A stretch of 64,000 nt of DNA from Candidatus Thorarchaeota archaeon (GCA_048884965.1 JBHLQH010000013.1:27429-91428), one strand, 5' to 3'; positions 1 to 9,241 are shown, counted from the stretch's first letter. Notes: a model not told the origin generated them from the letters alone. Made by a program: numbers and translations.

Positions 1-1
1 A

Positions 2-1273
2 AGAGGAGGTCTCTCTCTGGAGATGCCGTTGCCAGCCAAATATAAACAGAGGACATTGATGAAGGAGTTCAAGGAAGGGAAGTTTACAGAAGAGATGGTT
101 GATGACCTAGTTATTCGATTTCTACGTGTCATGTTTCTAACCGGTGCGTTCGAAGAACGAAAGACTTTGTCAAAGAAGACCCTAAACACAGTTGACCATC
201 AGACACTAGCTCGTAGAATCGCGGAGGATGGGATGGTCCTACTAAAGAATGAAAATGGATTGCTTCCCCTTCGTCTTGGAGATCTCGACTCCATTGCGTT
301 GGTTGGTCCCAATCTCAAAAAGAAATTCGGACGAATCTTCTATGGTGGTTCATCGGCAGTTCAACCACCTCATGAAATAACCCCTCTAAAAGGCATGAAG
401 GAGAAGATGAAGGGAAAGGTCCAGATCAAAGACGATGTATCCAGCTCAGACATAGCGATCGTCTTTGCTGGATTGAACCATGGCAAGGGAAATGACTCTG
501 AAACATATGATAGAGCAGATCTTCACCTTCCTCCAAATCAAGTACATCTCATCAACGAAACAGCGAAAGATAATCCGAATACCATTGTTGTCTTGATTGC
601 AGGTAGTCCAATTGCTATGGATGGGTGGATAGAAAATGTACCGGTCGTTCTTGAAGCGTGGTATCCCGGGATGGAGGGCGGTAGGGCCATCGCGAACATG
701 CTCTTTGGGGATTGCTACCCATCAGGTAAACTTCCTCTCACGTTTCCAAAGAAGTTAGCTGATTCTCCAGCTCATAGCACTAGTGATAGTAAGAACTATC
801 CTGGTGATGACGAGAAGAAAATCCACTATGATGAAGGCATATACATTGGCTATCGCTGGTTTGATGAAAAGAAGATCGCTCCTTTGTTCCCGTTCGGATT
901 CGGACTCGGATATACGGACATCCAGATAGGAGAGATTCAATCCCCAGAAGGCAACATCAAAGAATCAACAGAAAACTTCACAGTCAATGTCGAATTGGAA
1001 AACATAGGCGAATCAATAGGTGCAGAAGTTGCGCAAATCTATGCTCACGATGTGCATTGCACGGTCGAGAGACCGCCCAAAGAACTCGTGGGATTCCATA
1101 AGGCAATCCTCCAGCCGGGTGAAAGAAAATTGATCCCTATAGTTGTGAAATCGAAGGATTTGATGTTCTATGATGTGAATACCCATGATTGGCTTTTAGA
1201 GGGTGGAGATTTCGAGCTCCGGATAGGCACATCTAGCAGAGATATTCATTCAAAGATTCAGCTCAGCGTATAA
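2..1273 (+). CDS. GH3 beta-glucosidase, C-terminal part (5' truncated by the window edge)
   Basis: Frame is open upstream of the track's Met (RGGLSLEMP, cf. the GH3 GLDLEMP motif). GH3 motifs: MVLLKNENGLLPL, GGSSAV, AWYPGMEGG, PSGKLPLTFP, YDEGIYIGYRW, FPFGFGL, and an Fn3-like tail (EVAQIY, RPPKELVGF). Confidence 0.9.
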   Translation, partial: RGGLSLEMPLPAKYKQRTLMKEFKEGKFTEEMVDDLVIRFLRVMFLTGAFEERKTLSKKTLNTVDHQTLARRIAEDGMVLLKNENGLLPLRLGDLDSIALVGPNLKKKFGRIFYGGSSAVQPPHEITPLKGMKEKMKGKVQIKDDVSSSDIAIVFAGLNHGKGNDSETYDRADLHLPPNQVHLINETAKDNPNTIVVLIAGSPIAMDGWIENVPVVLEAWYPGMEGGRAIANMLFGDCYPSGKLPLTFPKKLADSPAHSTSDSKNYPGDDEKKIHYDEGIYIGYRWFDEKKIAPLFPFGFGLGYTDIQIGEIQSPEGNIKESTENFTVNVELENIGESIGAEVAQIYAHDVHCTVERPPKELVGFHKAILQPGERKLIPIVVKSKDLMFYDVNTHDWLLEGGDFELRIGTSSRDIHSKIQLSV

Positions 1274-1346
1274 GACGTGTTACACATACTTAAGACATTG
1301 AAATTGAACTAACATCAGATGACTAGTATCTAGTGGGGATCAGCTT

Positions 1347-2078
1347 TTGTCGAGGCATACTGACATTACTGAATGGCTTAATCTGGCGATTGAACTACTG
1401 CAATCTGGAAAACTCAATGATGCAGAGGAAGCTGCCAGAGAGGCGATTGATCTTGACCCCACATACGCCATCTCATGGAATGAGCTTGGGATAATACTTG
1501 GTTTTGGGGGAAGATACCAAGAATCAGAAAAGGCCTTTAGAAAAGCAATTGAACTGGATCCAGAACTTGCTATGTCATGGGGAAATCTGGGAACGACTCT
1601 GAATCAATTGACAAGATATAATGAAGCTGAAATTGCTCTTAGAAAGGCAGTCGAACTTAGGCCATCTGAGTCGCAGCCATGGATTGACCTTGGAGACGCT
1701 TGTAGAAAGCAAAACAAGCTTGAGCACGCAGAGCATGCTTATGAGAAAGCTGTCGAGCTTGATGAACGCAATGCAAGAGCTTGGCATGATCTTGGTATCA
1801 CACTGATTACCCTTGGGAAAGATGAGAGAGCAGAATACGCGTTGCGTCAGGCTGTTGCTCTACAACCATCATCTGCAGAATCATGGTACAACCTTGGGAA
1901 TCTGTTGGGACGTCAAGGACATCACAAGGAAGCGGAGGAACCTTTCAGAAAAGCCATCGAACTCAATCCAACATATGAGCTAGCATGGACTGGACTGGCA
2001 ATTGTTTTACGTGAACAAGGAGAACAAGAGAAAGCAAAGGAAGCATTAGATAAAGCACGAAGTCTATTGAACCGATGA
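1347..2078 (+). CDS. Tetratricopeptide repeat protein
   Basis: About 6-7 regular 34-aa repeats (W.NLG......A.KA.ELDP). Confidence 0.9.
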   Translation: MSRHTDITEWLNLAIELLQSGKLNDAEEAAREAIDLDPTYAISWNELGIILGFGGRYQESEKAFRKAIELDPELAMSWGNLGTTLNQLTRYNEAEIALRKAVELRPSESQPWIDLGDACRKQNKLEHAEHAYEKAVELDERNARAWHDLGITLITLGKDERAEYALRQAVALQPSSAESWYNLGNLLGRQGHHKEAEEPFRKAIELNPTYELAWTGLAIVLREQGEQEKAKEALDKARSLLNR

Positions 2079-2228
2079 ACTGAGGCTTCAAGTAGGTGAA
2101 ACTCACACTCGTATGAGATAAAAGAACCTTGTAAATCAAAGCAATGAGATTCTCGATTGTGGACATAGGCTTGCACTCTAGATTACATTTCTTTACTTGG
2201 TGCATGAATATCTTGTTGGTGATAAATA

Positions 2229-2315
2229 TTGAAAAGAAACAAGTTAGTCTATATCTCATTCATGGCTTTCGGAATAGTTGCCTTTGTTCTTGGTTTCTAC
2301 TTCTACTTTAGTTAG
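2229..2315 (+). CDS. Candidate 28-aa single-pass membrane microprotein (MKRNKLVYISFMAFGIVAFVLGFYFYFS)
   Basis: TTG start 5 nt after a GGTGAT SD-like site; basic N-terminus followed by a hydrophobic helix; not in the ORF track. Confidence 0.4.
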   Translation: MKRNKLVYISFMAFGIVAFVLGFYFYFS

Positions 2316-2510
2316 TAGAAAGAGTACCAACAACTAATGGGATGCAAAGAGAGAATCGGGGGAGATTTATTTCGATGCGATCATCTCAGACGTGTATGGT
2401 ACTCCGGGAATACTGCTAAAGAAGATACTACAGACTTGCGTCAATTATTCTCCTTTGCTGAGTTTGGACACTTTATATTAGATTCATACATGTAGCCATT
2501 GGAGATTTAG

Positions 2511-3359
2511 ATGTTTGCAACTAGAAATTCCAAGATCATTGCAGGTGCAATTCTGATAACTATCGTTATAGTAGCTCCAGCAATCTACTTGACATTCCTG
2601 AATCAGGGGACCTCACCGGTTATACCTCCTGATGATGATAATGACCCACTTGAGATTCCAGTGACCTCGGTCAACATCACACTCCTAGATACAGCAGGGG
2701 TAATGATTGAAGCCAACAATATCCGGATATACATCGACCCATATCGTATACCGAAGGACAACTTCTCAAACTTTCCTGCGGACCTGATACTCATTACTCA
2801 TGCACACGTTGACCATTATTCAGCCTCTGACATCAGAGATATCCAGAAGAATAGTACAATGGTCGTCTGTCCTGCAACTATGACGACCCAGCTTGAAAGA
2901 TACAATAATAGCTTGGGGGTTAAGCCCGGAGATAGTTTTCTGTACAGAGGCATCAACATTACTGCCTTTGATCTATATCTTGAGAACTATCCCTCAGGAG
3001 TTTTATCTGCACATCCGAAAGCCAATAATTGGACAAGTTATATCATCGATATCGATGGCTTTGTCATCTTCCATGCAGGTGATGCCAAATACATGGAGGA
3101 GTATGAAGACTTCACAGCAGAAGTAGATGTCGCACTCCTTCCAATCTACTATGATCCCGGATATGGAACCAAAGATGAATCGCTTGCACCCATTATCCAA
3201 GTTATTGAGGAGATACAGCCCAGCTATTGCATACCAACCCACTGGTACAATGAGGACAATGTTCTCTTCATGGATGAGTATGTACCATTCCTAGTTGATG
3301 ATTGCATAGTCATGAACTTGGATTTCTGGGAGTCACATGTATTCAGTAATGATAGCTAA
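2511..3359 (+). CDS. Membrane-anchored MBL-fold metallo-hydrolase
   Basis: N-terminal TM helix; IYIDP, THAHVDH, FHAGD and IPTHW motifs. Confidence 0.85.
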   Translation: MFATRNSKIIAGAILITIVIVAPAIYLTFLNQGTSPVIPPDDDNDPLEIPVTSVNITLLDTAGVMIEANNIRIYIDPYRIPKDNFSNFPADLILITHAHVDHYSASDIRDIQKNSTMVVCPATMTTQLERYNNSLGVKPGDSFLYRGINITAFDLYLENYPSGVLSAHPKANNWTSYIIDIDGFVIFHAGDAKYMEEYEDFTAEVDVALLPIYYDPGYGTKDESLAPIIQVIEEIQPSYCIPTHWYNEDNVLFMDEYVPFLVDDCIVMNLDFWESHVFSNDS

Positions 3360-3405
3360 GAGTATGGATTCTATATGAACAATGGACATGATTCTTACAG
3401 TCTTG

Positions 3406-3452
3406 GCAAAAAGAAAGAATGAAGGAAAGTGCGGGCGACCCTTGCGGGGTCG
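3406..3452 (-). terminator. GC hairpin plus pyrimidine tract ending the hdr-mvh-vhuU transcript
   Basis: On the minus strand CGACCC-CGCAA-GGGTCG (3452..3436) is followed by ACTTTCCTTCATTCTTTCTTTTT. Confidence 0.55.
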
Positions 3453-3486
3453 TCCAGCCCAACCCGAGTTTCGGTTGGACCTTCAT
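3452..3486 (-). promoter_or_regulatory. Eukaryote-like SECIS element
   Basis: Minus strand reads AUGAA-GGUCCAACC-GAAACUCG-GGUUGGGCU-GGAC: AUGA/GA non-Watson-Crick core, 9-bp stem with G-U pairs, unpaired AAA in the apical loop. Lies directly 3' of a gene with an in-frame TGA. Confidence 0.8.
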
Positions 3487-3647
3487 GCGCCGCCCAGCAC
3501 TAGATCCTTCCTGGCTATCTCGTGCAGTTCACCATCGTCATCCTCGCGAACGACGACCATGTGAGCCGCACATGATAGTCAGCAGTCATAGCAGCGTACG
3601 ACCATCTCGATGAGATTGAGTACGCCTTCCGGTATTTCGTCAGTCAT
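3483..3647 (-). CDS. vhuU: Selenocysteine-containing small subunit of a split [NiFeSe] hydrogenase, 54 aa: MTDEIPEGVLNLIEMVVRCYDCULSCAAHMVVVREDDDGELHEIARKDLVLGGA
   Basis: ATG at 3647 with a GGAG SD, just after the mvhA stop. In-frame TGA at 3581..3579 falls at the first ligand position of the L2 motif (RxYDxU/CxxCxxH). The upstream large subunit lacks this motif. SECIS follows. Confidence 0.93.
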
Positions 3648-3659
3648 CTTTCATTACTC

Positions 3660-4976
3660 CTAGGTCTTTACCAGTGGTTCGGGTAGTTTCAGACTATCGA
3701 GGGCTTTATCCTCGAAGATCTGCTTCGCTGCGGTCATGAGTGACTTCTCAATACCAGCGATGTTGTTATTCGTTGCAACGATGAGGTTTGCATGTACAAG
3801 CATCCCATCATCATCGCTGACGTAATTATGCATGAGGGTTCCTCTCGGGGCCTCAACGATGCCTACGCCATCTCCAGCCTTGGGCTCTACATCTGAGAGC
3901 TTGACATCCTTGCTTACGATCATTGGATCCTCCAAGAGAGTCTTGATCCATTCTGCTGCCTGCACTAGCTCAACGATACGTGCATAGTGGTACACAAAGG
4001 TGTGGTGTGATGGTCTACCGACAAGATCACGCATCTCCTTGAGCGCCGCATCTGCAAGAGGTGTTGCCATCTTGTCAGCGACATTACATCGAGCAAGCGT
4101 ATTGGCTCGCCAGATCCCATCAGGATATCCAGCAGGCTTGTAGTAGATATGGCTAGCATATGAATGTGGAGCGATGTGCTCGCCATAGTACTTTGTGTAG
4201 TCCTTTGGCTCGAAGTCAGCGACTATCTTACCGTTTGGATCCATAACGCGCACATTGCCATCATAGATGTCTAAGACACCGTTGTTCGTTAGACCAATGT
4301 AGTATGTTGGTGTTACAGCAACCTTAGTGATGACATCGATATATGCATTCACGACGGTCTTCGCAAGCTCGACAGTTTTAGTCACGTTCTCAAGCATCTC
4401 TGGTACTCGCTTCAGCCACTTATCACGATCTTCTTCAGGAAGGGCATGTAGCATTCCACCAGGAATTCCTGTAACAGGATGAACAGCCTTTGCACCAATA
4501 TCACGGATGAGTTCTTGGCCAAACTCCATGATCTTTATCGCTTGTACTGTCACATCAGGAAGGTGCTTCAGTACTGCTGCGACATTCCTCACTGACGGGT
4601 CAGCGAATGGACCGAACACAAAGTCAGGTGCTGCTAGAGCATAGAAGTGGATGGCATGAGATGAGAGCTGCTTGGCCTCAATCATCAATCGCCGTAGCTT
4701 TATTGCTGCTGGGGGTGGTTTGACGTCCCAAGCAGCCTCTACAGCTTTGATTGATGCCAAGTGGTGAGGAATTGGACAGATCCCACAGATTCGAGGAGCT
4801 ATCCTTGGCGCTTCCTCCATAGGACGACCAGTTAGGAACTTCTCGAAGAATCGCGTAGATCCAACATTGTATTGGATGTCTTTGACCTTGTTATCTTTCC
4901 CTAGCTTGATTGTCAGCGCACCGTGGCCCTCCATTCTTGTTACTGGGTCGATCTTTATCGTCTTCTCGTCAGACAT
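3660..4976 (-). CDS. mvhA: F420-non-reducing (group 3c) hydrogenase large subunit lacking the C-terminal Ni-binding motif (VhuA-type)
   Basis: IDPVTRMEGHG, RICGICPIPH (L1), EAPRGTLMH and NLIVATNNN present; ends at LPEPLVKT without DPCxxC. Confidence 0.93.
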   Translation of the reverse strand: MSDEKTIKIDPVTRMEGHGALTIKLGKDNKVKDIQYNVGSTRFFEKFLTGRPMEEAPRIAPRICGICPIPHHLASIKAVEAAWDVKPPPAAIKLRRLMIEAKQLSSHAIHFYALAAPDFVFGPFADPSVRNVAAVLKHLPDVTVQAIKIMEFGQELIRDIGAKAVHPVTGIPGGMLHALPEEDRDKWLKRVPEMLENVTKTVELAKTVVNAYIDVITKVAVTPTYYIGLTNNGVLDIYDGNVRVMDPNGKIVADFEPKDYTKYYGEHIAPHSYASHIYYKPAGYPDGIWRANTLARCNVADKMATPLADAALKEMRDLVGRPSHHTFVYHYARIVELVQAAEWIKTLLEDPMIVSKDVKLSDVEPKAGDGVGIVEAPRGTLMHNYVSDDDGMLVHANLIVATNNNIAGIEKSLMTAAKQIFEDKALDSLKLPEPLVKT

Positions 4977-5912
4977 CTATGCGACCTCCTTTGCGTGTTT
5001 CGCGTCTTCGCGCCTGATTCGCATGCGGTTCAAGTGACTTGTACCATAAGTGAATCTATAGAACATGCTTAGCGGATCCTTCACCTGCTCAACAAGCTTC
5101 TCTGGCTCCATAGGAGCATATGTTCCCAGCATTGATATTGCGGCAGCACCGAAATCTGAGGTGATTGGCGGAGGTGGTCCGAAGCAGCCACGACATGTGG
5201 CACCTTTGTTGACGCACTGCCCTTCGCATAGACCCCATGTACTTGAACCAACACAGATGTAGCCCTGTTCCAATAGGCATCGGTCATGGTCAGCATGACC
5301 AGTAAAGGGTCGCAGGATCTCAGAGATGGGTGTTTCCTTCTTCTCTCGAGAGCAGTAATGACAAACAGTATGAGGTGGTAGATCTAGAGGAGTTCCCGTC
5401 AAGAGGGAGTTGATAGCAGCTCCGATGAGCTTGGAAGTTGGAGGGCATCCAGGCAAGTAAATATCGAAATCTACATAGTCAGAGTTGGGTCTAACAACTG
5501 GCTCAATCTTTGGGATATTCACTGATGGAACCTTACCTCCACTGAATGTCTTGTTCTCTCTGTATTTCACATCATAACATTCTTCGATGTCTGATAGATT
5601 TGCCAATGCAGAAACGCTTCCGAAACATGCACATGAACCAAGGGCAACTAAAATCTTGCACTTGTCACGCATTATCTTCAGAAGATGTACATCCTCTTCT
5701 GTTCTCGCCATCCCTTCGAAGAAGCCAACGACAATTGACTTGTCCTCATATCCTTCGAGGTGATGGAGTTTGAAGTCCGCTACTGCTTGCCAATATTTGA
5801 TTTCTAATTTTGGTAGTACGTCTGCTAGTCCAAGATGAATGTCGACGAGGCTCTGATAGCATCCCCAACATGAGGAGCCTTGAGCCATTGCGACTGGTAC
5901 GGGATCACCCAT
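4977..5912 (-). CDS. mvhG: F420-non-reducing hydrogenase small Fe-S subunit
   Basis: SCWGC, GSCACFG, LPGCPP, VCHYC, CLLEQGYICVG and CRGCFGP motifs. Confidence 0.92.
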   Translation of the reverse strand: MGDPVPVAMAQGSSCWGCYQSLVDIHLGLADVLPKLEIKYWQAVADFKLHHLEGYEDKSIVVGFFEGMARTEEDVHLLKIMRDKCKILVALGSCACFGSVSALANLSDIEECYDVKYRENKTFSGGKVPSVNIPKIEPVVRPNSDYVDFDIYLPGCPPTSKLIGAAINSLLTGTPLDLPPHTVCHYCSREKKETPISEILRPFTGHADHDRCLLEQGYICVGSSTWGLCEGQCVNKGATCRGCFGPPPPITSDFGAAAISMLGTYAPMEPEKLVEQVKDPLSMFYRFTYGTSHLNRMRIRREDAKHAKEVA

Positions 5913-5914
5913 TT

Positions 5915-6148
5915 CTAGACCTCCTTAATGGCATAGACTAATTCGTGGTTTTCTTCTCCAGCGACTTCGACATCACCCCACTTGAGCATCCCCATCAGGT
6001 TCCAGACAACCAGTTCTTGGGACAACTCAGTTTTCTTGGAAATCAAAGCCACCGTGTTTGCGCCGCCGTTCAATGCCTCTTTTATTGTTTTGCGTTGCTT
6101 ACGCACATCACTGTGCTTTTGCTCAAAATAAGTTGCAAACCGTCTCAT
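5915..6148 (-). CDS. Small winged-helix protein inside the mvh operon
   Basis: wHTH-like pattern (IKEALNGGANTVALISKKTELSQELVVWNLMGMLKWG); ATG at 6148 overlaps the mvhD stop (ATGA). Confidence 0.7.
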   Translation of the reverse strand: MRRFATYFEQKHSDVRKQRKTIKEALNGGANTVALISKKTELSQELVVWNLMGMLKWGDVEVAGEENHELVYAIKEV

Positions 6149-6588
6149 CGCCACTCCCTCTCTATTGGTCCAAGTTCCTTGACTTGGTCTACAAGTGTTC
6201 TAACTCCATCTGCGAATATCTGAGCCTCAGAGGCACTTGCCCACTGAAGACGAACTCGCTTGGGATTAACACCTGATTGTTCTATGACCTTCTCCATCAA
6301 TGCCCATCGTGCTCTAGCTTTCAGATTACCACTGGTATAGTGACAATCTCCAGGGTGACACCCGCTGACTAGCACGCCATCAGCGCCCATATCCAAGGCT
6401 GCGAGGATGAACTCCACATCAATCCTGCCTGTGCAGTTAACGCGGAGAATCCTTGCATTGGGAGGGTACTGAATACGAGATGTACCAGCTAGGTCTGCTC
6501 CTGCATACGAGCACCAGTTGCAGCAATATGCGATAATACGAGGTTCCCAACCTAGATAGGGTGCCTTGGCTGTTGCAGCTGCGGTCAT
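6145..6588 (-). CDS. mvhD: Hydrogenase [2Fe-2S] subunit MvhD (Cys form)
   Basis: CCNWCSYAGADLAG, CTGRID, GADGVLVSGCHPGDCHY and WASASEA motifs. Confidence 0.95.
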   Translation of the reverse strand: MTAAATAKAPYLGWEPRIIAYCCNWCSYAGADLAGTSRIQYPPNARILRVNCTGRIDVEFILAALDMGADGVLVSGCHPGDCHYTSGNLKARARWALMEKVIEQSGVNPKRVRLQWASASEAQIFADGVRTLVDQVKELGPIEREWR

Positions 6589-8369
6589 TATGCTCCACCT
6601 CCTACAGAGGGTTCTAGCGTAGGACAGAGGAACGCCTCCACCATTGCTAGAATCTGTTCATTGGTTGAGTGTAGCATAACGATTGCACTACTTGGGCAGG
6701 CCGCGGCACAGGTGCCACATCCATGACACTTTGCCTCAGTCACATAGGCAATGTGTGGATCATGGGAATCATCCCAAGTTATCGCACCGTAGGGACATGC
6801 AGTCAGGCAGGTGGCACAAGAGGAACAGAGTTCTGGAATGACTCTTGATACAGTCGATTCAATCTCGACTGCTCCTTTTGCCATAAGACCGACAGCTTTT
6901 GCTGCAGCACCACTTGCGTCGATGACTGCCTCAGAGGCGTTCTTCGCAGCTTGAGCCGCTCCAGCTATCATAATCCCAGCAGTATGAGTCGTAACAGGAT
7001 TCAGCTTGACATGTTCGGGATTGAAGAAGCCATCACCACTACGCGTGAGGCTGAAGGTATGACCTACATCCTCGATGCCCTCAGGTGGAACCATCGCTGA
7101 TGCAAGGACCAGAATATCAGGGCTGAATTCCAGATCTGTATCACCAAGGACATCCCTCCAAGTCACTGTAATCTTTCCACGCTTTACATCGACTTCAGGT
7201 TTCTCACCAGCTGGGAATTTCGTATAGATGACATGTTTCTTTCTGGCAATCCTCTGGAAGTCCTCATGGTCCTTACCGTAAGTTCTGATGTCTTGGTATA
7301 GGATGAGGGATTCATCCAGCTTATCGGCCATGATTCCAGCGGTCTTTGCTAAAGCACTACAACAGTATCGTGAGCAGTGCTCATGACCTTTCTGACCAGC
7401 CTCTCGAGACCCAACACATCCAATGTAGGCAATCTTCTTGACAGGCTTACCATCACTAGGACGAATATATTGCTCTGCGTCGGGCTTTGATTGAAGCTCT
7501 GCTAGAGTCATTATATCTGGAGTTTTTCCGTATCCGTACAATCCTGTTGGAATATAGGGTTGGAATCCTGTCGCCACAATCACTGTTCCAATCTGATATT
7601 TCTTTGGAGCTTTCTGGCCTTCAACGGCAATCTCTGCCTCGAAGTTACCAACGTAGCCCTCAAAGTTCTCAATTCTCGCGCCAGTCTTGACCTCTATCTT
7701 CTTGTGTTTCTTCACACGATCGATTAATGGCTTCAAGACTTCAGAACCGGGTTTATCCCCAGGGAACATATGGGACCACTTACGAACGTTGCCGCCAAGC
7801 TCCGAGTCGCGTTCGACTAGTACAACCTCGAACCCACGATCAGCAACATCCAGCGCTGCACGAAGTCCAGCAATTCCACCACCAACAATCAAGACTCGTG
7901 GGGTAATCTGAACGGTCTTAATCGGTAATGATTCGAGATTTGCAGCACGAGCAACTGACATTCGTACGAGGTCTTTCGCTTTCTCAGTAGCTTCCTCAGG
8001 TTGCCGCATATGGCACCAGGAAACATGCTCTCGCAGGTTGACCTGATCGAACAGATACCTGTTCAGTCCAGCCTCTTCGACCACTCTCCTGAAGGTGGGC
8101 TCATGCATTCGTGGGGAGCAACTCGCCACAACGACGCGATTCAGATTATGCTCTGCGATCTTCGTTCGAATGGTTTCTTGTCCTGCATCACTACAGGTGA
8201 ACATCTCATGGGTTGTGAATACTACATTAGGTAGCTTCGCTGCAGCTTCTGCAACCTCAGCTACATCGACAACTCCTGCGATGTTGTGGCCGCAGTGGCA
8301 CACAAACACACCTATGCGCGGTTCCGCCGAGGTGTCGGCGGCCTTGATTTCTACACTGCCTTCAGTCAT
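6588..8369 (-). CDS. hdrA: Heterodisulfide reductase subunit A-like protein (N-terminal Fe-S domain, FAD domain, C-terminal ferredoxin; no inserted ferredoxin)
   Basis: RIGVFVCHCGHNI, SCSPRMHE, NLREHVSW, GGGIAG, CVGSR, CSRYCC and two C-terminal CxxCxxCxxxCP motifs. Likely start 8369 (TAATG overlap with hdrB, GGGGTGAG SD). Confidence 0.9.
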   Translation of the reverse strand: MTEGSVEIKAADTSAEPRIGVFVCHCGHNIAGVVDVAEVAEAAAKLPNVVFTTHEMFTCSDAGQETIRTKIAEHNLNRVVVASCSPRMHEPTFRRVVEEAGLNRYLFDQVNLREHVSWCHMRQPEEATEKAKDLVRMSVARAANLESLPIKTVQITPRVLIVGGGIAGLRAALDVADRGFEVVLVERDSELGGNVRKWSHMFPGDKPGSEVLKPLIDRVKKHKKIEVKTGARIENFEGYVGNFEAEIAVEGQKAPKKYQIGTVIVATGFQPYIPTGLYGYGKTPDIMTLAELQSKPDAEQYIRPSDGKPVKKIAYIGCVGSREAGQKGHEHCSRYCCSALAKTAGIMADKLDESLILYQDIRTYGKDHEDFQRIARKKHVIYTKFPAGEKPEVDVKRGKITVTWRDVLGDTDLEFSPDILVLASAMVPPEGIEDVGHTFSLTRSGDGFFNPEHVKLNPVTTHTAGIMIAGAAQAAKNASEAVIDASGAAAKAVGLMAKGAVEIESTVSRVIPELCSSCATCLTACPYGAITWDDSHDPHIAYVTEAKCHGCGTCAAACPSSAIVMLHSTNEQILAMVEAFLCPTLEPSVGGGA

Positions 8370-9241
8370 TAGCTCACCCCACAACAATCAATAATCGAGT
8401 GCGGATCGATCTTGTTCAGTTCAACTCCAAGTATATCCTCATTGATACCCAGCGCAGGGCCTAGGAACTGCGGAATAGGTAGAACAGGAATCTTCTTCCT
8501 GCTACCTGCACGGTCACCAAACTGCACCTGAGTGAGTTGGATATCGCAGAATACACATGCAGTCACGATTCCATCTGCACCAGTTCGTGCGATATTGTCG
8601 ATTTTATCGAGCCCTATAGTGGCTGCAACGGCTTCATCCATTGCCAACATGGGACCACCGCAACAACGAGTCTTGCCAGGATAGTCAACAGCAGTTGCAC
8701 CTACTGCCTCGACTAGACGGTCCAGAATTGTAGGATTCTCGGGATCATCGACTTGCACGATCTCGTATGGCCGGGTTACGTGACATCCATAGTGAGCAGC
8801 AAGCTTCACTCCGTTATACGGTTTGACGACAGCTCGTTCGATGGCATCGAATCCAATGTCATCTGCGAGGACTTGGAGTAAATGACGGACCCGAACTTTC
8901 CCAGTGTATTTGAGCCCCTCCTCAGCTAGGAGTGAGTTCACTTCGTCTCGGGCACGGATGTCATGGTCAAGCAAGTACTTGTTCGTCTTTAAAGACCCAG
9001 AGCATGCACCACAGAGTGCAAGGATATCTTTCTCTTCTCTCTCCGCAAGAGCAAGAATTCTTCCACTCATTGCAGCATATGCCATCCTGTCCATAGATTC
9101 CACATATTGAGCTCCGCAGCAGTTCGTGTCTTTCATCTCTGTGATCTTGACACCCAACTTCTTCAGTACTGCAATAGTCGCGGCTTCATACCCAGGAAGT
9201 CGTACTGGAGTAGTACAACCTCTGTACAGCAGAAGTTCCAT
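8369..9241 (-). CDS. hdrB: Heterodisulfide reductase subunit B
   Basis: Two CCG domains (YRGC..NCCG..CGAC; HYGCH..RCCGG..ACVFC). Confidence 0.92.
   Translation of the reverse strand: MELLLYRGCTTPVRLPGYEAATIAVLKKLGVKITEMKDTNCCGAQYVESMDRMAYAAMSGRILALAEREEKDILALCGACSGSLKTNKYLLDHDIRARDEVNSLLAEEGLKYTGKVRVRHLLQVLADDIGFDAIERAVVKPYNGVKLAAHYGCHVTRPYEIVQVDDPENPTILDRLVEAVGATAVDYPGKTRCCGGPMLAMDEAVAATIGLDKIDNIARTGADGIVTACVFCDIQLTQVQFGDRAGSRKKIPVLPIPQFLGPALGINEDILGVELNKIDPHSIIDCCGVS

Noticed and set aside
3483-3485. Second TGA of vhuU as another Sec
   Set aside because: Readthrough gives RSNRNSGWAGRPRK..., running through the RNA structure with no conserved motif; treated as the stop.
3382-3613. Plus-strand ORFs of 60 and 64 aa
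   Set aside because: Antisense shadows of vhuU, the SECIS and the terminator; no recognisable protein features.
3660-4976. mvhA as a truncated pseudogene
   Set aside because: The missing Ni-binding C-terminus is encoded by the separate vhuU gene immediately downstream.
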